The notes under the pieces: generated by a model
The model's input: only the letters and a program-made list of their open reading frames with translations
Database searches by the model: none
Told to the model about the DNA's origin: nothing
Made by a program: the position numbers and the translations under genes
Virus record (IMG/VR): IMGVR_UViG_3300027754_003435
DNA from: a virus
Strand: one strand, 5' to 3'
DNA length: 64,000 nt
In this document: positions 57,788 through 64,000 of the stretch, piece by piece
How the letters are laid out: the number at the start of each line of letters is the position of its first letter
Position numbering within the stretch: position 1 is the first letter of the stretch

Positions 57788-59215
57788 TTATTGTAATCGA
57801 GCGTCTGCCAACGCTTCCGCTAACTCACCCATCAATTGTTTGAGGAATGGTATGTAATCTGCTCCTCTACCTGAACCAATGAAATTTAATCCAGATATGT
57901 TTGTAATATCACGATGCCCACCTGAGCCTTTTACTATAACATCATATACTGTTGTTGTTATACCATTGAGTATTGATTTTTGCTTTGATGAAAGTAATTG
58001 ATATTGTTTACCTGCAATATCTTTTACCATATTTTGAAATCCTGGACTCTTCGGTAAATTCATAGCAACCTCACCAAACAAAGCCATGAAGTCATCCATA
58101 GTGAAACCAATGGATTCTGTACTTCCTTTTTTTATATCCATTTCCATCTTTCTCTTAACATCACCCATTGTAAGTTGCATTGCTTGAAGTTCTGATTTGT
58201 GCTTATTCAATATACCCATCGCTAACTCACCCAAGTTAATTGGATTTGCACCTTTCTTGAATGGATTCTTAGATGCTTGTACCAATCCCATTGGCCAACC
58301 AATTACAAGGTACTCAGCAGTTGGGTTCATCTTGAATGGCGTGTATCTATCGTATCCACCTTTAGTCATTGTACCACCACCGTATTGAACTAAGCAAGTT
58401 CCAAACATTGCATATTGACCGTTCCCGAGTGTTTGTATTTCTCGTGGGCTTGTTATTTGTTTCATCTTTAGAGCGGGTGCTTGTGAAGCAAGGTATGATG
58501 CTGTTTTAGCAGGTAAATCTGCCCATGATAAACCACGTGCTGTAACTTCTTGTTTAATTACATTGTAGATAGAAACAAGTGAAGGACGTGCTTTCATTAC
58601 TAACGCTTCTAAGAAGCCAGGTTTGTTCTTGAATGCAAGAAGAACTTTATTAACTACCAATCCCATTGCTAATCTATTTGGTACAGCAGACATAGTTGGA
58701 TCGAACTCAAATACTGAACGCATTACTTGGTCTGGATTAATACCTTGTGAAGCAAAGTCAGCGGAATCAACTGTTGATATAATTTGAATATCTTGTGCAG
58801 GAAACAAATCAGTTGGTGAAATTTCCTGAGACATCGCTGCAACATTTGAAGGTGCGTGTTTGAATGCAGCAGATGTAGTTGGAGCAACACCTGCTTGTGA
58901 TTGATGGTGATCGGTATGAATGTGTACCATTGGTTTACCATGAGCAAAGTCAACGATAACAACTAATAAACCAGGTTCTGGTTTTTGAACTGCAAATTCC
59001 ATACCACCATACTGAATTTTTTCACATTTTACTAACTTAACACCATATTTTTCTAAGTATGCTTTCATACCGATTGCAGTTGTTACACCGTCTAAATCCA
59101 TGTGAAAGTATATCAAAGCCTTTTTTCTCGTTGCTGTTAATGCGTTAATGTTTCGGATTCCTGTTTCTGTAAGCGTCTGCTTTGCATCTGTCAACAGGTC
59201 TTTTAATTTTATCAT
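57788..59215 (-). CDS. DHH/DHHA1-family phosphoesterase with MIKLKDLL leader
   Basis: FHMDLDG, IVDF, TDHH and C-terminal GSGGH motifs. Confidence 0.8.
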   Translation of the reverse strand: MIKLKDLLTDAKQTLTETGIRNINALTATRKKALIYFHMDLDGVTTAIGMKAYLEKYGVKLVKCEKIQYGGMEFAVQKPEPGLLVVIVDFAHGKPMVHIHTDHHQSQAGVAPTTSAAFKHAPSNVAAMSQEISPTDLFPAQDIQIISTVDSADFASQGINPDQVMRSVFEFDPTMSAVPNRLAMGLVVNKVLLAFKNKPGFLEALVMKARPSLVSIYNVIKQEVTARGLSWADLPAKTASYLASQAPALKMKQITSPREIQTLGNGQYAMFGTCLVQYGGGTMTKGGYDRYTPFKMNPTAEYLVIGWPMGLVQASKNPFKKGANPINLGELAMGILNKHKSELQAMQLTMGDVKRKMEMDIKKGSTESIGFTMDDFMALFGEVAMNLPKSPGFQNMVKDIAGKQYQLLSSKQKSILNGITTTVYDVIVKGSGGHRDITNISGLNFIGSGRGADYIPFLKQLMGELAEALADARLQ

Positions 59216-59225
59216 TTTATTTTCC

Positions 59226-59507
59226 TCAAAATGTATCTTGTTTCAAATCTACCGTTATTAAATTCAAATATTCTACACCTTTTAAAGTGAGAGAACTATC
59301 GCCATATTTAATTTTATCTTTCATCCTACTAACAATATCAAAGTCATACTTTCTAATATCTTTAATCTTATGTAATTTAAGTATTACCCAATCTATTTTT
59401 TCCAATACTTCTTCTTTTTGTTCCGACGTTTTATACTGAACATAGTCTGTATATTTCAAATCGGAAACATCATCTATTTCTAAACTTGCCCAAAACGAAT
59501 TTAACAT
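59226..59507 (-). CDS. Hypothetical protein
   Basis: 93 aa, tightly packed in the operon. Confidence 0.7.
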   Translation of the reverse strand: MLNSFWASLEIDDVSDLKYTDYVQYKTSEQKEEVLEKIDWVILKLHKIKDIRKYDFDIVSRMKDKIKYGDSSLTLKGVEYLNLITVDLKQDTF

Positions 59508-59509
59508 AA

Positions 59510-61402
59510 TTAATTCTCTGCAAGCTTCTTAGAAACTAACTCTCCATTTAAAGTCTCATTAATCTCAACAGCAAAAGTAAATGATTTACCACTAATACAG
59601 GAGAAAGAAATAAAATTGTAAACAAAGTCTTTATCCATAGGAGTAGAATCGGTCGAACCTTTATAGTCAGAAAGACTAAAAACGGATATACTATAATATG
59701 TAGAGACGTCAATACTTTTACTTTTAACTGGCAGTATTTTTAGAGCAATTATTGGCAATGTCTTTATAGAACTAAAATACTCTACCATTTTACTGTTATG
59801 TTTAACTTCATACTTATTACGAGAGTCATATTTTATTATGTTTATACCATCGTATTTTATTAACGGAACATCTACTGCACCACCAAATATTGCCTCAGCG
59901 TTTATTTCAGTTGCAAACTTTACCAAACTAGCAACCGCAGCTTTTGTATCAGACGTGTTAACGGTTTTTAGATAACTATTTATCATATTATTTAACACCG
60001 CTATGGCAATGAAATTTGCATTTGACATTAGAATATTCTTTAACTCTTTACGAGTAAATGTGAATGGGATAGTTCCATTCAATAATTCAGAACACTTTGC
60101 TACTTTGCCACCCGAAGTCAGTTTTCCGGATCCTGTTGTTGCTGTTTTAACTGAATCTATCATACCTGTTATTCTTTTCAATTCATCAATAAATTCACGA
60201 TTATCATCTGATAAACTCTCAAACTTAACTCTAAAAAAATTCTTAGTTGAATACTCTTTAACAGTATTCTGAAACTGATTGAATATCGTGTTATATTGTT
60301 TTGTATCGTTATCGAATTTGGCATACCAATCTAATAGTTGATCTCTGAAACACGATGTTATAGGAATGGGTGCATTTTCCGCTTCATCTTCTGTTATTGG
60401 TTTACCAGAACGATTCATGTGTTCTACTATTTCCTTATCGAACTCTTTTAATACGGCTTCGGCATCCTCAGACATCTTCTTTATTTTAACCTGTGCATCC
60501 ACCACACTTTTACTCGTTGGTGAAAATATATCAATTATATGTGACTTTATTTCTTTTGCCCAATCGGTAAATTTAGTCATAAGTGCCGTTACTTTTTTTA
60601 CAAAGTTTGAGCCTACATCTTTCATCTTTGAAATTGTGTCTTTTACCATATCAGCAACACCTTCGTTTGTAGGTGAAGGTAAAACATTTTTTCCAAATTT
60701 TGATTGGAATAAAGTAGTTACTTTTCCAACACGACCATTTAACGCTTTCAAACTAACACATGCCATCACGGTACTATCGTCTTTTAATTTTACCAAAGAC
60801 TCGCCTGCTGGTTTCATACTTTTCAACAAATCACCTTGAAATGCATCTTGAACTCTACCAGGGCCCCAAAATAAAACAACATCTGCAGTAAATGTTTTAC
60901 TCTGTTCATTGTGTTTTGATACTGATTTTAATTTTGCATAAAAGTTAGTTATATTGGCATGAATAAATCCATCGACTTTATTACCACCATATATTGCTTT
61001 TAATGTTGGAGCATTCGGATTAACAGTTCCTGCAATAACAACATCATTAAATGTTTGGAATGCTTTTTCATCATCCTTTATTTTATTCAACAGAGTAAGC
61101 ATCCAGTCTTTGCCAGCAGGATCCCAATCGTAATTTTTATTGAGTATGCTAATCATATCATTTGAAGTTAGATTTTCCTTATCTGTTACTGCAAACATCA
61201 ATGGTATGGTTTCAAAAACCTTTGTTTTATTTTTTAGACTTTTCCAAGAATCCCTGATTATCTTTTCGTTGGGACTCATGTTTTCATCGGCATTTTTTTT
61301 CTCGTTCATATGTCTTTTCTTACCATTTACTTCACGTATTAATTTTTTAATACAAGTAAGTATCTTTCTTTCATTTTCTAATAGTACTTTGTACCGATTC
61401 AT
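59510..61402 (-). CDS. Large hypothetical protein, possible PD-(D/E)xK-like domain, late-type expression
   Basis: 630 aa; TADVVLF...VSLKA; TATATTTAT at 61438-61446. Confidence 0.55.
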   Translation of the reverse strand: MNRYKVLLENERKILTCIKKLIREVNGKKRHMNEKKNADENMSPNEKIIRDSWKSLKNKTKVFETIPLMFAVTDKENLTSNDMISILNKNYDWDPAGKDWMLTLLNKIKDDEKAFQTFNDVVIAGTVNPNAPTLKAIYGGNKVDGFIHANITNFYAKLKSVSKHNEQSKTFTADVVLFWGPGRVQDAFQGDLLKSMKPAGESLVKLKDDSTVMACVSLKALNGRVGKVTTLFQSKFGKNVLPSPTNEGVADMVKDTISKMKDVGSNFVKKVTALMTKFTDWAKEIKSHIIDIFSPTSKSVVDAQVKIKKMSEDAEAVLKEFDKEIVEHMNRSGKPITEDEAENAPIPITSCFRDQLLDWYAKFDNDTKQYNTIFNQFQNTVKEYSTKNFFRVKFESLSDDNREFIDELKRITGMIDSVKTATTGSGKLTSGGKVAKCSELLNGTIPFTFTRKELKNILMSNANFIAIAVLNNMINSYLKTVNTSDTKAAVASLVKFATEINAEAIFGGAVDVPLIKYDGINIIKYDSRNKYEVKHNSKMVEYFSSIKTLPIIALKILPVKSKSIDVSTYYSISVFSLSDYKGSTDSTPMDKDFVYNFISFSCISGKSFTFAVEINETLNGELVSKKLAEN

Positions 61403-61521
61403 TTAAAATATCTCCAATGTAAACGAGGAACATACCAATAAATATAATAAAAATTAAAATAAACAGAAATCGCCAGACATAATATCTAGCGATTCTATAA
61501 TTTAATTAATACACTACTTGA

Positions 61522-62697
61522 TTATTGTACTACAATCCAAAAAGCGCCATTGAACCAAAGTGTTCTAGATTGATTTGGTAAAATTACACAACTAATTGCT
61601 GTATCGATTATCCATGTATTATTATTTAGTGTAACTGTATTTGCAGTTGAACCATTGTAGATTGTAACGAGTTGACCGATAACTGGGTTTGATACCGTGA
61701 CCAAGTTATAATCCACAGCAACGCGGGAAACAATCCATCTTGAACTCGAAGGTAGACTCGCTGGAGCGGATGTATAAATGGAAACACTACTTGTTCTGTG
61801 GTGTTGATTAACTTCCCACGAAATTCCATTAGTTCCACGTGTGAGAGTTGAACCGACTTGAGCGGTTTCTGCACCATCAAGTGAAAGAATGGTAACTGAA
61901 CCACGTGTGAAATTTCTTGGAAAAAGAAGTGAATCTCTAAGAAACCTAGCCGTATCTGTAACAGAAGCATGTTTTGCGTTCATTGCAAAAGCACTTGTTT
62001 CTGAATATAATGAAATACCAGATTGTAATGAATATAAAGTGGTATCTGAGTATGCAGATTGTTTTGATTTCAATGCAAACTTTGCTGTATCTGATTTCAA
62101 GGAATGGGTAGAATTTGCCGAATACCCAGCCAAATCAGAGTATGCAGACGAGATAGAAGAATCTGATGTATTAGCGTGCCTGGCATGGTTCGCTGTATCT
62201 GAAACTAATGATGTATCTGAATATACTGCTCTGATTGAACTACGTGAGAATGTTGCTGTATCAGATAGGGTTGCTCTCTTTGCAAGGTTAGCTCTTTCTG
62301 CAAAGTTAGCAGTTCTTGCTTCTGCTGCTTCTAAAGAATATTTAGACAGTAAAGAATACGGTACAGATTGAATTCTTAATCTACCGAGTGTTACACCGTT
62401 CACGTATGCGTATACAAATAATGGTTTACCATAATTGTTGATGAATACACTATCGGGTACACTTTCAAGTAAATAATTTAATATACCGTTTTGAATTTCT
62501 ACTTCTCTATTTTCACGATACCAGAAAGCAGATGAATTCAAATGTGAGTTTTCATCGAATGTTTCATTCGCAATATAAACTGAAAACTTAGATGCAGTTG
62601 ATGTACCAGCAGGAACGTGTGCTTGATACTGAAGATTTGTTTGTGCCGATAATGTAACCGAGAATAAAGCAAATATTGCTAAAAAAACTTGTTTCAT
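61522..62697 (-). CDS. Secreted fibre-like protein with SVPY motif and A-x-x repeats
   Basis: Signal peptide, LQYQ...NGILNYLL N-domain, IQSVPYSL, periodic SDTA/AxxA region; typical of Bacteroidota surface fibres. Confidence 0.75.
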   Translation of the reverse strand: MKQVFLAIFALFSVTLSAQTNLQYQAHVPAGTSTASKFSVYIANETFDENSHLNSSAFWYRENREVEIQNGILNYLLESVPDSVFINNYGKPLFVYAYVNGVTLGRLRIQSVPYSLLSKYSLEAAEARTANFAERANLAKRATLSDTATFSRSSIRAVYSDTSLVSDTANHARHANTSDSSISSAYSDLAGYSANSTHSLKSDTAKFALKSKQSAYSDTTLYSLQSGISLYSETSAFAMNAKHASVTDTARFLRDSLLFPRNFTRGSVTILSLDGAETAQVGSTLTRGTNGISWEVNQHHRTSSVSIYTSAPASLPSSSRWIVSRVAVDYNLVTVSNPVIGQLVTIYNGSTANTVTLNNNTWIIDTAISCVILPNQSRTLWFNGAFWIVVQ

Positions 62698-62711
62698 CTT
62701 TCCCTCATTGA

Positions 62712-63140
62712 TTAATTAAAAATAACTATTGTTTTGTAAACTTGATTGTCTGTTGTAATAACTCTTACAAAGAATGAGCCCCTATATGGAAGTTGAATTT
62801 GTTTTGATAATAAATCAATTCCATCACCGATTGTAAATCCTTTCAAATCAGACACTTCAATTCGCATTGGGTTTGGCACATCTATTCTTACTATTCCATC
62901 TGATGTTGGATTAGGAAACGCTAATCCTGATAATTCCATTGGAATCGGTTCGTTCACAGAAGTTGTAAGTACCCTTGGTGTGCGTATTCCAACATGATAG
63001 CCATTCTTATAACCAGCAACTACTTGACCGAGAGTTGCATTACCGTTTCCACCACTAACTATTTTTTTCAATAGATATGGTTGTGTGTCTCCTGCAGTCA
63101 TTGACATAACTGCGAGAAACACTACAATGATATACTTCAT
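62712..63140 (-). CDS. Small secreted protein with T9SS type A C-terminal sorting domain
   Basis: Signal peptide; AFPNPTSD...IEVSDLKG...LPYRGSFFVRV...KTIVI matches the Por secretion tail pattern. Confidence 0.8.
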   Translation of the reverse strand: MKYIIVVFLAVMSMTAGDTQPYLLKKIVSGGNGNATLGQVVAGYKNGYHVGIRTPRVLTTSVNEPIPMELSGLAFPNPTSDGIVRIDVPNPMRIEVSDLKGFTIGDGIDLLSKQIQLPYRGSFFVRVITTDNQVYKTIVIFN

Positions 63141-63163
63141 TGTGTTTTACTCCTTCTAAATGT

Positions 63164-63325
63164 TTATTGAAACTTTGGTATATCTTGTTTATTTGATTTA
63201 TTATTTGTTGTATCTTTTTTACAACACGAATGATCTTTTTTATGTTGTTTAGACTTAATTGGATTTTCGTTTGAATGTGCCGTAATACAGCATAATAATA
63301 CTATTAGAAATAGAATACTTTTCAC
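63164..63325 (-). CDS. 53 aa secreted peptide sharing a signal peptide with the TlpA gene (below track cutoff)
   Basis: GTG start with GGAG upstream; MKSILFLIVLLCCITAHSNENPIKSKQHKKDHSCCKKDTTNNKSNKQDIPKFQ. Confidence 0.6.
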   Translation of the reverse strand: MKSILFLIVLLCCITAHSNENPIKSKQHKKDHSCCKKDTTNNKSNKQDIPKFQ

Positions 63326-63350
63326 AATTGGCTCCTTTTTTAATTAATAT
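63263..63350. repeat. 88 bp direct repeat, copy 1
   Basis: 82/88 identical to 63858..63945; covers RBS and signal-peptide codons. Confidence 0.95.
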
Positions 63351-63380
63351 AATTCTCAAAATTCGATATGAGTACGTTTT

Positions 63381-63920
63381 TTATTTTATTACCATTGCAC
63401 GCATAATTGCAGACTTAAAATCTTCTTTGCTTCTTGCACCAACTATTTTTTCTGAAATACTTCCATCTGCTTTGATAATAAATGTAGTAGGAATAGCTCC
63501 AATTCCATCAAAAGCGTCTGCAACTTCATCATTCCCAATTAACACTATATAAGGCATATTTTTTAAGCGGACAAATTTGCTTACAGTTTTTAAAGCGTCA
63601 TCATCTCTATCCATCGAAACACCTAAAACTAAAACTTCATTTTCAGAAAACTCTTTATAAAGTTCAATTATATCTGGAATTTCTTTTCTGCAAGGAGGGC
63701 ACCATGTTGCCCAAAAGTTCAAGAATATTACCTTTCCAGCACCATACTGAATTAAATTACTAAAATTGGTTCCATCTTTCCATGTAAAAGTTGATGCCTT
63801 GTCAGGAACCATTGATCTACTAACTATTTCAATAGGAAAAACCTTGACTTTTACTATATTTTCGTTTGAATGTGCGGTAATATAGCATAATAATAGTATT
63901 AGAAATATAATACTTTTCAC
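63381..63920 (-). CDS. TlpA-family thiol-disulfide oxidoreductase, secreted
   Basis: FLNFWATWCPPCRKEIP; GAIPTTFIIKADG; GTG start. Confidence 0.92.
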   Translation of the reverse strand: MKSIIFLILLLCYITAHSNENIVKVKVFPIEIVSRSMVPDKASTFTWKDGTNFSNLIQYGAGKVIFLNFWATWCPPCRKEIPDIIELYKEFSENEVLVLGVSMDRDDDALKTVSKFVRLKNMPYIVLIGNDEVADAFDGIGAIPTTFIIKADGSISEKIVGARSKEDFKSAIMRAMVIK

Positions 63921-63945
63921 AATTGACTCCGTTTTTAATTAATAT
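63858..63945. repeat. 88 bp direct repeat, copy 2
   Basis: See copy 1. Confidence 0.95.
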
Positions 63946-64000
63946 TGTTTATGCATTTGGATTAGAGTCTCGGATTATTTGTTTAATCCATTCATAAATT

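Overview
AT-rich, densely coding segment of a large tailed phage genome (contractile-tail type, probably jumbo-sized). It uses the standard genetic code and has no rRNA, integrase or cas genes. No database searches were possible, so all product names rest on motif recognition. Layout: 1-19 kb is a minus-strand baseplate/tail-tip module (gp6-, gp7-, gp25- and spike-like genes, plus Ig-, LRR- and CHAP-like accessory proteins). 19-29 kb holds a phage sigma factor, ClpP, a P-loop kinase, UvsE, WYL, FISUMP, ThyX and a lytic transglycosylase. 29-38.5 kb is plus-strand early genes, a MoxR AAA+/VWA pair, tRNA-Glu, a 2OG-Fe(II) oxygenase and a type II glutamine synthetase. 38.5-41.6 kb is a late operon with three ADP-ribosyltransferase-like genes and a HAD. 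41.65-43.6 kb is a 2 kb structured, almost non-coding region (candidate origin). 43.6-64 kb holds a TonB-dependent receptor, a CHAP/holin-like pair, ArdA, a fourth ART-like gene, GroEL/GroES, two TlpA thioredoxins, small early genes, a DHH phosphoesterase and a T9SS-substrate/fibre pair. Many exact TTTG-N19/20-TAnnTTTG promoters, DUF4494 and a T9SS sorting domain point to a Bacteroidota/FCB-group host. Most interesting candidate system: at least nine unrelated proteins (four ART-like, HAD, P-loop kinase, WYL, DHH and a small unknown) share an N-terminal MIKLxD/E(I/L)LxE leader resembling the T4 capsid-targeting/prohead-protease signal. Several of them lie behind a distinct late-type TATATTTAT motif. 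This suggests a head-packaged, injected effector arsenal, parts of which sit in direct-repeat-bounded cassettes.
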